From Eukaryota sp. TZLM1-RC (lineage: Eukaryota > Protista > Metamonada: BaSk clade): DNA of 64,000 bases. Positions within the stretch are counted from its first letter, which is position 1, and every line of letters begins with the position of its first letter. The notes beneath the pieces are model-generated. The model searched no databases, was not told where the DNA came from, and saw nothing but the letters and a program-made list of their open reading frames with translations. The stretch covers positions 310,001-374,000 of the forward strand of contig JAUPSS010000012.1 of NCBI GenBank assembly GCA_040285825.1. Direction: 5' to 3'. This document shows, one piece after another, positions 1-12,164 of this stretch. The position numbers and the translations under genes are program-made.

Positions 1-9
1 TTTCCAGTC

Positions 10-1155
10 TTAGAAATGGAGAACACTGGGACCTGATGCGCAGACGTTCCATGTCAAAGCATTTGCTACTTCTAAGGCATTAAGTTCTTTTAAAGGTACA
101 AGTATTGTATACCTTGTAAATGAATCGACGAAAACTAGTAAATATTTATTATCGTTGTTGTCTTTATTGAGTGGTCCAATTGTATCCACGTTTAATCTTG
201 CGAAAGGGCGATTAGCCCACAGGGAACCAGTTGAGGGAGTCTTTGATTGCTTTACTGGTGCTGTTTTTTGGCAAGTAGGACAACGTTCTATATGCTTGAT
301 GAGATCTTTTCTCATATTTGGCCAGTAGAAATCGCTCTTGGAAAGTTTATGAAGACTTTCGTTTTTGCTAGGGTGGCCTGATTGGGTTAAACCGTGTATT
401 AAGTTGAGTGCCGTTTTTCTTAGTTTGATCGGGATTATCATTTTATTATTATTATTTAACCAGATTTCTGTGTTTTTGCATAGTGTAGCGTTTTTGAATA
501 ATGGATCATTATTGCTTATGGCTAGTTGTTGCTCAGATCTAACTTTTGAGAGCCAATTTGAAAAAATGGGCAAATCTGGGTGCTTTGCTAATTCCAAAAT
601 GTGGATTGGATTTGGATCTTCATAATCAGAATCGTCATCAGGGGGTGGTATTTCGCCGTGCCAAAAGGGATCATGTGGGTAGTTGATGTGATTTATTTCC
701 GGATTTTCTAAATTTGTGTCTATGATTCTTGACATCATGTCAGCCCAGTGATTGTCTTCTCCTTTTTCGTGTACGATATCAAAGTCAAATTCTGATAAGA
801 TAGGTAACCATCTTTTGACGATTCTGTTCTTTTCAGGAGCCGTGGCGAGGAATGCAATATTCCGGTGATCTGTGAAAATAGTCAGATGTCTAGTAATGAG
901 AAAGCTTTCCAGATGACTTTCTGTTAGTATTAATAGTATCGCATACAATTCTTTTTGTAAAGTAGACCAACGCTTTTGAGTATCGGTTAAAATCCTACTA
1001 TAAAAGGAAATTGGTGTTACTTTCCTATCTTTTAATGCAGTTCCAATGGGTGCATAAGGTGCTATTTCTTGCCAAATGACTCCTCCTACTGCGATGTCAG
1101 ATGCATCGGTGCTAATCAGAATGCGTTTGTCTGGTGAAGGTAATTCCAGAGGCAT
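10..1155 (-). pseudogene. RNase H-integrase portion of element A pol (truncated inside the integrase core)
   Basis: STDASDIAVGG, QKELYAIL, FTDH, ADMMSR; H..GHP..CPTC zinc finger; rve core breaks after WNVCA. Confidence 0.9.
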
Positions 1156-1356
1156 GTGATTAATAATCAGTTGTTTTATTTGATCTAATAGATGATCGTG
1201 TTTGGCTTACCAATTTACACGACGTTGTTTGTGCTTACTTAGCTCATTTATGGGTGCTATTAGTTGTGAAATATTTGGGAGCCAATCTCTTATGAAATTG
1301 ACTGAGCCAACTAATGACCGTACTTCCTTGATAGTTTTTGGAGCAGGGATGTTTAT

Positions 1357-2052
1357 TTAAGCATCTACTCGTTTTTTGCTAATTTTTCGTTGTTTGAATT
1401 GGAAAGTGCTGCCTAAAATGTCAATTGGTTGTTTGTCAGTAACGAATTTACATTTTCTCAATCCAATGTTGACACTTCTACTCCTTGCGCATTGCAGTAT
1501 CCTCTGTATTCTGTCAAAGAATTCTTGAAGGGTTGATCCTAATATGATTATATCGTCGATGTAAATAAATACTCCTTCTATTTGAAAAATTTCCATCATT
1601 ACATTTTGAAAAATCGCTGGGATATTCTTTAGTCCGAAGCATGCCCTTTTAAACATAATAGATCTGCCAGGAATAGAGATAGATGTCTTTTCAACATCTT
1701 CGTCGGCTACTTTCATTTGCCAAAAAGCTTTTGGGAGATCCAAAGTGGCAATAAAGTTGGCCTGACTCAGAAATTCCAAAACATCTGAAATTAATGGTAA
1801 GTTAGACTCCACCGGAATTGTGTGAGCGTTAACTCCATCTTTACCACTGAAATCGCCCGTCAATCTAGGTTTTCGATCATCAGGGTATATCACCAATACT
1901 ATTGGGGAACTGAACTTGTAGTTCGATTCAATTGCATAGCCCATTTCAATCAATTCATCAAAAATCTGATTGGCTATTTGTAATTTCTTTGGGTTGAGGC
2001 CCCGAGCTGGTTTATGTACAATTGTATTAGTATTGTAGAAGGGGATCGTCAT
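1357..2052 (-). pseudogene. Reverse transcriptase portion of element A pol
   Basis: SSPIVLV, RLTGDFSG, LDLPKAFWQ, FGLKN, YIDD. Confidence 0.92.
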
Positions 2053-2451
2053 AGGTGGACAATCGATTCCATCTTTATTGGGCTTTTCGCTGAATACGTC
2101 CTTGTATTGAGCTAATATATCAGATAAACTCTTATTATACTCACTATCATCTTAATTAATCTCACATCCAGATCTATCTAATTGCTCAGTAAAATCTTCT
2201 TCACTGCAAGAAGTTGATTTTACGTGGCCAATTTGGTGAGTTTTAATTCTGTTATCAAAAATGGCTTCAGCATTTAGCAGGGTGCGGCGCTCTTCGTCTA
2301 GTAAAATAACTAAACGGTCAGATGTCAGTAGCCCAAGTTGTTGTAACATGTCTACCCCAATTAAAAATATGTTCGAACCTGGTATAATGGGGAGAGTATG
2401 GTCTATTGATACTTGGTTCGCGATGCTGCCAACATTGAACGTCAGAATGCC

Positions 2452-5400
2452 TTATGCACTCCCAAGCGAATTCGTTGATACATTGCTAGCAGGGATGAAT
2501 TGTGTTATATCGTTTTCGTTTATGGACATTGAACACCGATTTGCTAGGTCGAGGGAAATGACAGAACAAAATGCAGCTGTGTCTATCATGCCTTTGATGA
2601 CCGTATCGTAGATTCTAACCTGAAGCTCTAAGAACTGAGGCTGCTTGGATCTGTTGTGGTTCATACAAGGTGCAGATTCATCTGCTCGATTGTATAAATC
2701 TCTTTCTAAACTGTTTAAACTCAAATATTTATCTACTTTATTATGATTACCGAAAGAGAGTGGATTTAAGATGGATGCTTGAGCTGAATGTTCCGATTGG
2801 CTAGTTGTATAAGTATGGCTCAATTCGGGAGCTGGAGCGTGCGATGATTGGTGTATATGAAACATATATGCACGATGTTTATTTCCTCTCGTACCACAAC
2901 CACCTCGGCCCCTATGTCTACCTTGGCCTCTACTATGGCCTCTATGAACATTTTTGAAACTATCATAACTACGTCTGAATGGTCTACCTCGGCCTCTACT
3001 TCTGCCGGCGCTTCTTCGTTGATTTAGTGGAACCAGAGATCTGGTGCACCCGGGATCCTCACATTCTGCAATAACATGGCCTGGTTTCTGACAAAAAGTA
3101 CAGAACTTTTGGCCTCCTCTGTAGTGTTTTTCTTTCTTAAGGTTGGAGGTGGATGAATCTGGTTGGCTTGTTCTCTTATTTCCAGCTGAGGTGTGAAAAC
3201 CACCAGTTTCTATTTTGGGTCTGGATGCAGCTTTCCTCAATAGCTGGACCGTATCCCTATTTTGTGCAACCTTCATCCATGATAATAAATCATTTCGCAC
3301 CTTCCTTGTTAATTTGGGGAAGCTCACTAGCTTGTCCTTCCAATAGCTCTCTTTACAGAATTCTTCGAACAGGGGCTCAGTGAAAGCCAAGTTGTTGATG
3401 CCTGTTAAAAAGGCATGAGCCACTTTTGACATTGGAAGAGTGAATACTCCACTCGAGTGATCCACATCTTCGATCCTAGCTGATACATCAGTGATGTATG
3501 TAGACATTCTCAGGATGTCTCCAAAATTTTCCATGTATATAGCAAACTCCCTTTCCGCGTCTTCGATTGAATTGACTTTACGCCAATTGAATTGGGGTTT
3601 GTTGAGAGCTAGTTTGGCGTCGTGGAGCGAGTTGAATTGGCTCCTCCTACAAAGAAGCAGTAATATTTCTGCGTCTGTAGGTTCCATGCTAAGGATCTGT
3701 TGTTGTTTCCAGAAGGAAATGATTCTTGCACTGATGCAACCCGAAATTCCCAGGGGGTTGGTCGTCGCCAAAATGGACCTAAAAAGGTCGTAAGCATGAA
3801 TAGGTGGCCCTATTTTGTTAATGAAATTGGGGTCTATTCTGTAAATTTTGGGCGTCCGAAGCGAGTCAAGCTGAGACTTTAGCGAATCTATTTGTTGTTG
3901 TATCTCAGTTGTAGCACCTCCTTGTATTGCTAGTAACTGAGATAGGCTGTTGACCATATCAGCAATTTGTTTCTGCTGCTAAACTGAACATGATTGAGGC
4001 ATTTCTATTTTCTCGACATTTGTCGTTCCTCCTCTGCCTGTACTGTCCCAGAGAGCAAATTCCAGTAGAAAGTGTACTATTTTCATTTGAGTTTTTGGAA
4101 ATTCTGGGGGGCTCATGGAGCGTATCGTGTTCTACAGCCTTTGTTTTATAGTGGTATCCAACGTGAGATTGTAGATTTAAGTCAAGAACTTGACGTGGAT
4201 CATGGATTCCGGTTAATGTTCCTGATCGAGATGAGGAGAGATCTTGTCTGCTCAATCCTGGACCTGTTTGATGTGAGATCGATTCTTCCATTGGGACAGA
4301 TGAGTCCGATGGTTGGATAGTGAGGACGTCCATGGAAATGTCCTGATTACCAGGCTCCGGTAGTTGGTCAATTTGTAGTTTTTGAAGAGGTATCGATTCC
4401 TCTTGAATGTTGAGTTGAATGGATGGCCTGAAAGGTCTAATGCTTTGAAAAGGCGTATCCTCTATACCTAGTATTGGGGTGAAGGCGAAAGCCTTGTTAT
4501 TTACCCAAGTGTCCCCAATTTGTACATTGTGGTGATTGGGGGGGAGACCTATAGGTGGAGATGACTGCCGTTTTCATGTTGGCATGATCTCGTTTGAAGG
4601 TGACTCCTTGTTCGACGAAAATTAGTCTGAACGGCTGAGATGCGGGTCTCATCTCAAAGAGATCAGGGTTTGATGACGATGATGGGTAGTATTCGTAAAC
4701 CTCTTTTACTACCGTATAATCCACTCCAGATATGCTGTTGACCTCATACATTTTGTCTAGACCTGGCCTAAACCAGTCTGGGAGGAGGTGTATGTTCTCA
4801 GGTCCATCCAACTTGTTAGAGAAGTCTCGACCATACTCCATGACCTCCAACCACCGTATTCTAAAGTTATATATGTCGAGGATAGCCTTTTTTCCGATAA
4901 ATTCGAATCTGTCAGCGCGAGGCTTGGACATGATGGATTTATAAGAGGAGTCTAGTGGGGATAGACGTATTCTGCGTTCAGCAGGTCTACCCGACAACTC
5001 CTTGCTCTCTTTGTCACGAAGCTCTATAGAGTTTTTAAGGACTTGTGAGGTGAGGGGAACTTCCCTGAATCCTTCTAAAGTCTCGTTCAAGGTTTGTACC
5101 GAAACACAGTTTTCTAAGTCTGGGTACAGGGACATATCTGAAGGGAGAGAATCCACAAAGTCTGTTGGCTCTTGTTTCTCACTTTCTTCTTTTGAGAAAG
5201 TGGCAAGTAGCGCTTCTAACTCTGGGTCAGTGGCAGGAGGTTTATCCTGCGAGACCTTGGCCGTAGTCAGGGCTGTGGTAGCCGTTGAATGGGCGTTTTG
5301 GGTGGGAGGGGTTACCTCCGAAAGAGTTTGGTTAGGAGTGGGGTTTTGACCCGAACTCGGATTTGGAGGAGGGAGTTGAGGATCTCCGCTTGTATGAATA

Positions 5401-5729
5401 ATAGTATGGTGTTGACCCGAACTAAATAAATGTGGAGTGGGGTGGGTTGCACCCGAACTCAACGTTCCATGAGTGGAGTGTGAAACACTCGAACTCGTTT
5501 GATCAGGAGTGGGATGAACTACATCCGAACCCGTTGAGGAAGGAGCAATACTCGGTTCCTTTGTTGGAGCACTCATTGTACTCGAAATAATGTGAAGAGG
5601 AGGGCTAGAAGGGTCTCCTCTGAAAGATGTCTGACATACCCCAGACATCTTTTTGTCGTTTACAGCGCTGTTGCTGTTTGGTGTTTGGTGTGCCTGTGAC
5701 GCACAATAATTATTGTTGCCGTTAGGCAT
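2452..5729 (-). pseudogene. Element A gag-protease (fragments 4497-5729, 3959-4333, 2452-3957)
   Basis: Ser/Pro-rich N-terminus, PIHAYDLFRS motif shared with B and C, CCHC knuckle, RG-rich tract, aspartyl protease DTAA. Confidence 0.85.
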
Positions 5730-5834
5730 TATGCTAGCTGTGTATGTAGGGGTTAGTTAAGGCGGGTTAAGATAAAGATAATTTTATTTAATGTTATTCT
5801 ATATACTTATGTACTCACTAGTGAGATACCTACA
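5714..5834 (-). repeat. Putative 5' LTR of element A (121 bp)
   Basis: TG...CA ends on the minus strand. The 3' end GCCTAACGGCAACA nearly matches the paired LTRs of the mini-element (GCCTAACGGCATCA). Contains CTCACTAGTGAG palindrome (TCACTAGTGA also in the C LTR). Partner LTR is not in the window. Confidence 0.7.
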
Positions 5835-5986
5835 TTATTAATAGATTACCACGGTTTTTCGATCGAATTAGGGCAGTTTTAGCTAGACAGCAAGCAGATC
5901 AAGATTTTGTAGAGGAAATCTTTGTTCAATGATAGTCGTCCCATTAGTTAAGAGTTAATTTAATTAAGTGTGCAAATTCAATAAAT
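5835..5986 (+). mobile_element. 3' end fragment of CRE-like non-LTR family 1 (element A inserted into it)
   Basis: Closely matches 39929-40080 (attaatagattacc...caaattcaataaat). Confidence 0.85.
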
Positions 5987-6366
5987 ACAACAATTTTGAA
6001 GTTCATGTATATCAGGAGTAATTGTTATGTAATCGATTTTATGTTCTCCTGAGATTGGTGGCCAATTATACGAGGATTCTAGAACGTCAGTGGACGATCT
6101 CACCAAGAATGATAGTTCTTGGAATAAGTTTGAATGATGCCTAACGATAGAAAATGTGGTTTTCAAATGAAAACCACAAATTGTCCATTGACTATCATCA
6201 TTGTGTGACATAACAACACTACTTTGCGAAGGTTTTATAGAAGCACTTTGATCACTATGACCTGATGTTGCACTTTCTCAAGTATTCTCAATGATGCCCT
6301 TTCTATATCTGCGAATCATCCTTAACTTGTCCACATCGATCGTCGATCTTCATTATACTTGTCACA

Positions 6367-7455
6367 ATGAACACGATATTGTTGACAATCCTAACACTGC
6401 TGTCTCTCTATTTCACCTCAGCTCATACCGAAACCACATGTGAGACATATATCCGATCTCTCTACGATCATGCCAGTTCCTACACCCATTTCTACCCAGC
6501 CGCCCTCCTTGATTCCATGAAGATCCTGTGCCTAGAACATCCCTACCAACCTCTCTGCACCAGCAAATCGCTCCCAGACAGGTTTAAGGTCATTCAACAC
6601 TTACATAAACACTCCTCTCCTCTCACCATATGCACTGACCTCAACCTCCTCGACGACCCTCTCCTCCTCTCCGATCAAGGTTCGGTTGTACTGTGTGGGG
6701 TCTGTGAACTGATTGTTAGGTATATTCATGACGTCTTGGTTGAGGAGAAGAACGAGGAAGTGATTTTGGAGTATATGGAAGGTCTGTGTGATTTGTTACC
6801 AAGCTCAATGCCACGAATTTCATGCCACTTTACCGTCAAGCATTATGGTCACGAGATTTATATTGCTTTGGTGGATAAGAGCCTGAATACCGATTACGTT
6901 TGTAAATACCTTGGTTTATGCGAAATTAACCCTAACCCTGAGTTGTTATCTATGAAAGAAAAAGAAGAAGAAGTGGAAAGTGAATTGAAACCTATTTGTA
7001 CCACTTGCAATGTCATGATTTCTGGTATTTACTACTCATTGCAGCAAGATGACCAACGAACTATTGCTAGTGGTGTCTTGGCTTCGTTATGTGAACTCCT
7101 TCCTTCGTACCTAACTCCTTTGTGTAAGGACATTATTAATGATAATTTTGCATCATTTGTTGATCTTCTTATTGCCAATAATCCACCTATGGAGGTTTGC
7201 ACCAGACTCCAACTTTGTAGAAGTGAAGGTTTTGCACCGTGCAGAAGTTGCGAATATGGTGTCAAGTTCATTGCTGGATTGGATGAATCTCTGTTGAAAA
7301 TGGCTTTTGGGATTGTTCGTAATAGCTGTTCATTCCTTCCTTTAATGGAGCAAGGGTGTGTTGATGTTGTAGATAATGTAGAAGAATTGATCTTTTTGGT
7401 TAAGCAAGGTGAAGTGGAAGCTAGTGTTGTTTGTGCATAGGCAGGATTGTGTTAA
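6367..7455 (+). CDS. Prosaposin-like protein (signal peptide plus several saposin B domains); in-frame TAG at 7438-7440 just before the last Cys
   Basis: Hydrophobic N-terminus; CxxC...LC..LP...C...VCxxLxLC repeats; final motif reads VCA*AGLC then TAA and AATAAA. Confidence 0.88.
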
Positions 7456-7599
7456 TAAAACAGTAGTTATTTAAAAAGTTTGGAATATTGATTAAATTGA
7501 ATCAATAAAAACAATTAATGATAAGTTGTCCGAAATTTCCATTTTGCAAAGTAATTGACTTTTGATTTTGAATAAAGCATTGTGTTTATGTTTTTTTTC

Positions 7600-7935
7600 A
7601 ATAATTTTAATTTTTTTCAAAACCTATAAATCAACATCTAAAAAATTCATCTCTCCCAAAACAAAAACACTAGATGCAACTCTTTCATAGTGAGATCCAA
7701 GAGAAAGCAAAGCATCAGAAACCATCTTCAACATCCCCTTAAAAACAGAAAACACAATTCTATTTTGCCAAATCAATCTGTTTAAATTTCTGTTAGTTCG
7801 TCTCTTTACAATCATTTCAAAATCTTCCAAAAAACGTAAAGCCGTTGGTGCAAGTGAACCAAAAAGAGAAAATACAAATGGATACAAATTGTATTTTGCA
7901 TGCTGTAGACTGGCCAATTTGGACAAAGGTTCATG
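7600..7935 (-). mobile_element. 3' fragment of CRE-like non-LTR element (family 3)
   Basis: PFVFSLFG...FLEDF...WQNRIVFSVFK, homologous to the RLE C-termini at 61012-62382 and 55036-56223. Confidence 0.8.
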
Positions 7936-9033
7936 TGTTTATGTTGATTTGGATATTTAAAAACCGTAAACTAAAAATGAAGAAATACAGAAATTAGCAA
8001 AAAACCATCTTATTTAGGACATTAAGTGATAAAATGATGGGAGGTTCTCACCATATTATCAGTTTGAATAAAAAATTATGAAATTTCTTATTTCTTATTA
8101 CTTTCTCTATTTAGATATTTCCTTTTCTTGTCATTTGCTCTATGAACATATTTCCATTCCTGCAGATTACTATTTTTGAGAAACAACGACTGCCATTGAT
8201 TCTTACATTGACACAAACTAAATTAATTGTTTTTCTTTTGGCAGACACTTTCTGCTTCTTCCACCCAGTATTGAGAACTTTCTTTCCCTCTAAATTGATT
8301 GTTTATCTTAGGCTAGAATAAAAGAAGAGAAATTTGTGAACATCAAACCACCCAATTATCTTGAAAGATAAATGTAATTGAAACATTACTGCAGTTTTAG
8401 TGGGCAGTTTTATCGTCATATGGTTACCTCTTGATTTTCCTGCACCTTAATAAAGAGAATCCTGCATCACCTTCTATCTATAGTCATCAGAAACAATCCA
8501 AACCACCATGCTGGCAAAGATTAAAGACAAAGTCGACACATAAAAATGACCATTTTACTCATTATTCTATTGATCAGCTGTTCCAAATGTCTGAAATTCA
8601 AGTTTTTGGACACAAAATGGCAGTAATTTATATCAATATAAAGCAATTTATTTTAGAATATTTCGTTCAATTAGTTTTGTTGTCAAAATGACAGAATTGC
8701 TTGTGTTATTATAACTCATTGAAAAGCTGGAAAAATTGGAAAGAAAAATTGTTGAATTTACACCTACCTATTGCTGGATGCATGACGGTGAGTCGAAATA
8801 ATATGGACAATTCTTTTGTCTATTTTTCCATCAAGAAGAAAATTTACATAAGACATTTTGATCAAACTGACAGAACTGTTTACTGTTGTGCCCTTAACAA
8901 GTTATGTCTTGTAGCAAAATGAACAAAGAAGAACAATTATGTGAGAAATTTAAACTGAAATCAGTTCAACCAGAGCAACAAACAACAACAAAAAAGGTTG
9001 GTTAATTTTTGTGTTTTGAAACATATACTTATA

Positions 9034-9765
9034 CTGTGTTTGTAAAAAAAACTTCGACCCAGAAAAGTTCGAACAGATTTCAGAGAAACAACAATTTATT
9101 GAAAATCATCTCAATAATTATTAATAACTATGAACTAAATATCAAACAACTATTCAAGGGCTTGAATGCATGCATCAATGTTTTTGCGAACATGCTTCCA
9201 TCCATTTTGAATATAGTTTTCCTCGTTCGCTTTCAAATGCTCAAATGAATCAATGATCCACTGCCCAATTTTTGTTTTTACGGTTGTTGCCAATAAATTT
9301 AATCTTACATCATCTAAAGCTACATTGTTCTGTAACTGTTTGGTAATGTCTTCGGTACAGTATTCTCCAACTCATTTTCTCAGCCGTTTTTTGAAGGGTA
9401 CATTGAGAGAAACGTCCAGCACACAAAATAAATCAGTGGCACTTGCAGGTATAAGTTCAATATCCAAATTTAGCTCTTCTGCGAGTGTATACATTTTGTC
9501 CAAATCATGCGTATAGTGTTGGTCCTATATCATAAGTGCACAATCACCAACAGGAAAATTTAAATTGAATTTTTGTGCCATTTGTGCCCTTTCTTTTTCC
9601 AAGTAATGTAAAAGAAGTGATTAAAAATTTTATCTTTCAAAAAAATATTTTATCTTTCACATGTGTTCCAACTGAATAATGTTCGACCGAAAAATTTTCG
9701 AACAATATTAGAAAAGTTCGAAAAGTTCGAACATTTTTGGGTCGAAATTTTGTTTACAAACACGC
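9034..9765 (-). mobile_element. pogo/DDE_1-type DNA transposon deletion derivative with ~40-bp terminal inverted repeats
   Basis: Left end TA|CTGTGTTTGTAAAAAAAACTTCGACCCAGAAAAGTTCGAAC (9034-9074) is an imperfect inverted copy of GTTCGAACATTTTTGGGTCGAAATTTTGTTTACAAACACG (9725-9764). Internal minus-strand translation LMI*DQHYTH...IELIPASATDLFCVLDVSLNVPFKKRLR resembles a pogo catalytic C-terminus, with stops. Confidence 0.75.
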
Positions 9766-11066
9766 AAAGTTAAATTTTGCTGTGCAAATTTTCTTGATTT
9801 TAGACTAATGAATAATATGCTTTCAAAAACCAACTAAATTGTGTCAAATTTTTAATTAGAATAATGACTTTTGAGGATTCCACTTCATCGTCTGGATTAG
9901 TTACTATAAAACAACACAGCATTCGGAAAAATATATATTCATACAAGATATTTCAATCTATTTATAAAAGCTTCTTACTGGACTTCATTGTCTTTTTGCA
10001 TCTGGTTTTTTTTATTTCTCAATGGTGGGATGTAAAATTCAAGTTTATAATCCACAAAAGTCCACATGGGGTATATTTCTATGTTAAATTCTTATTTTTT
10101 CCGCTTCCTTAAAGTACTTATACGACGATATCTTAAAAAATCAAAAAAAAATCAGCATGTAATAAACATAGTTGTAATTTATGAAAACCTGGATTTCTTG
10201 TCATCAAATTACGAAATTAATTATTATAACTCCATTATCAAAATTTCAAAACGGACACGATAACAGATGTGTTGTTCGAATTACGTACTGTTGATGTTAC
10301 GTTTTAGATCTCCATTTATTTCAAAGGAGAAGTCCATTTATGAACTTTGTTTGAATTTAATGAGAACAAGGGTCCACATATAGCTCTCAGGAAGGCACGA
10401 ACACCAATCAATTTCACTTGGGTACCCCTTACTTTCACAGGAAAGGTTGGTTGAAGAGGAAATGGTCAATTAAGGGTTAAGGACCTTGTTTTACAAAAGC
10501 TATGGTAACAATCAACACAAACTCTACATCCTTAAACGTAGGTCTTTCACCATCGAAACAGTTGATTGTTTTGAAAAAATGCTAAAAGCCCATAAAGTAT
10601 CAAAAATCAATATCCAAAGTTGCCTTAAAAATCGAAAAACAATTCTATAATTAACATTTTTTGCTTTTGTCTTGAAAACAGCGCTAAACAATTGAAGAAC
10701 TGCCAAACTAGCATTATTCAAAAAAAGAGCATCACCAAAACAAAAGGATAAAATATGATTTCAGACACAAGTTTTTCTTTGTGTTTCTTCACATCCAGGA
10801 TCAAGAATCCAAAATTTACATTTGGAACGCAAACCTAGTTTGAAAAACGAATGATGATTCTGCGTCACAACCTTTCGGATTCGTTGACGGTTCTCTCATC
10901 CTTTGGTTTGAAAAACACAATTGGCCTTTGAAATTAACAAAAAGAAATTTTCTCTAATTTTGTAGAGAATTTTCATTGTAATCCTGGATGGATAGAATCA
11001 ATTCATTGTCTGTTTCGAAGTTAAGCATAAAATAAGCTTGAAAACAGCTCATGCTAATCTATCCTT

Positions 11067-12164
11067 TGATGCCGTTAGGCAGAAATACCAAAGAAGTAAA
11101 GAGAGAAAATTGATTTATTAATAGAAATACTTGTTTTTGAACAAGTGCCACGTCATCATGTAAATTCCTCATCTGTCTAGCAAGATAGTTAATCAGTAAC
11201 AACAACACTACTTCTTCCCATTTTCTTTCAACAGTTTCGTGAACCATTTAGCATAATGAAAAAAGGGGATTTGTGAGATACTGAGGCACGTGGCGTAAAT
11301 GATTGACTTCGTGCTTAACTTTTGAGGGGCAATCACGAGCTAGATGACCTTTCTGGTGACATTTGAAACATGTCCCTTCAGTCAAATTGCGAGACCTATG
11401 GGATGAACGAGACTTCATACCAGCTTGACGCACAGAGTCGGTATTTTCAGAAACAGTCTTTGAAGACCTGTTCCAAGAAGCTACTCGCGTGCAATCAAGT
11501 AGTTCATCCTCTGCGGTATTTACCAATGTAGGAAAATCGGGGAATACCTCATCCCGAATTCGAGAAATCAGAGATTTCTGCAGTCCTAATGGAAGAATAC
11601 CCTTGGCGAATCTGATCATGAAGGCTGAGTCACGCAGTTTCAGTCCGGAAGTCCTGCTTTTCGCCTGAAGAAAACGTCTCAGGTAGCAGGACATACGTTC
11701 ACGGACGTCGCCCTTACGGACATCAACTTTCAACTCAGACATCACCAAGTTGAATTCCTCGTACGAGGAAAACGAGGTGGAGGATCTTAAATGATCCAGA
11801 AACACCTCATCGGATGAATCGACCCCAGGTCTTGTGAGAACCAATGATTCTAACAAGAAGGGGTCAACGAGGAGCCTTGCTGGAACAAGGTCCTTTTTCG
11901 GTGTAACAGAAGAGTACACCTTCCACTGTTGTAGGAACAACAGAACATCATCCACTTCCATAGAAGCAAGGGACGGATGTAGTACGTGTGTAGATTTCAT
12001 CTGCAATGAGGGCCAATGATTATTGATGCCGTTAGGCAGATATACCAAAGAAGTAAAGAGAGAAAAGAGATTTATTAATAGAAATACTTGTTTTTGAACA
12101 AGTGCCACGTCATCATGTAAATTCCTCATCTGTCTAGCAAGATAGTTAATCAGTAACAACAACA
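11067..12164 (-). mobile_element. Complete gag-only non-autonomous mini LTR retrotransposon (1098 bp)
   Basis: Two 141-bp LTRs (11067-11207, 12024-12164; 3 mismatches), TG...CA ends, 4-bp TSD CCTT (11063-11066 / 12165-12168), PPT GAAAGAAAATGGGAAGAAGTAG before the 3' LTR. Confidence 0.95.
11248..12000 (-). CDS. Gag (capsid-like region plus CCHC zinc knuckle), 250 aa, intact
   Basis: ATG at 12000 (MKSTHV...); CFKCHQKGHLARDC; fills almost the whole inter-LTR space. Confidence 0.88.
   Translation of the reverse strand: MKSTHVLHPSLASMEVDDVLLFLQQWKVYSSVTPKKDLVPARLLVDPFLLESLVLTRPGVDSSDEVFLDHLRSSTSFSSYEEFNLVMSELKVDVRKGDVRERMSCYLRRFLQAKSRTSGLKLRDSAFMIRFAKGILPLGLQKSLISRIRDEVFPDFPTLVNTAEDELLDCTRVASWNRSSKTVSENTDSVRQAGMKSRSSHRSRNLTEGTCFKCHQKGHLARDCPSKVKHEVNHLRHVPQYLTNPLFSLC

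Larger units (their letters stand above)
39..5834 (-). mobile_element. Ty3/Gypsy-like LTR retrotransposon A (5' LTR, gag, PR, RT, RNase H, partial integrase; disrupted and 3'-truncated)
   Basis: Order on the minus strand: LTR (TGTAGG...GGCAACA), long ORF 4497-5729, Gag with CTFCQKPGHVIAEC knuckle, protease MIDTAA, RT YIDD (1357-2052), RNase H TDAS/ELYAI/TDH, integrase HHCC and VDTIG...FVDSFTRY (10-1155). PR-RT-RH-IN order is Gypsy type. Confidence 0.93.

Noticed and set aside
7438-7440. Genome-wide reassignment of TAG to a sense codon
   Set aside because: Long host ORFs (ERCC6 910 aa, V-ATPase A) contain no in-frame TAG, and SKP1 and V-ATPase A end at TAG at about the expected positions
7940-9030. 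Short ORFs in AT-rich stretches (also 9800-11000, 12200-13000, 46050-46800, 58000-59400) and antisense ORFs over TE and host genes
   Set aside because: No recognisable motifs and mostly non-ATG starts; consistent with chance or shadow frames
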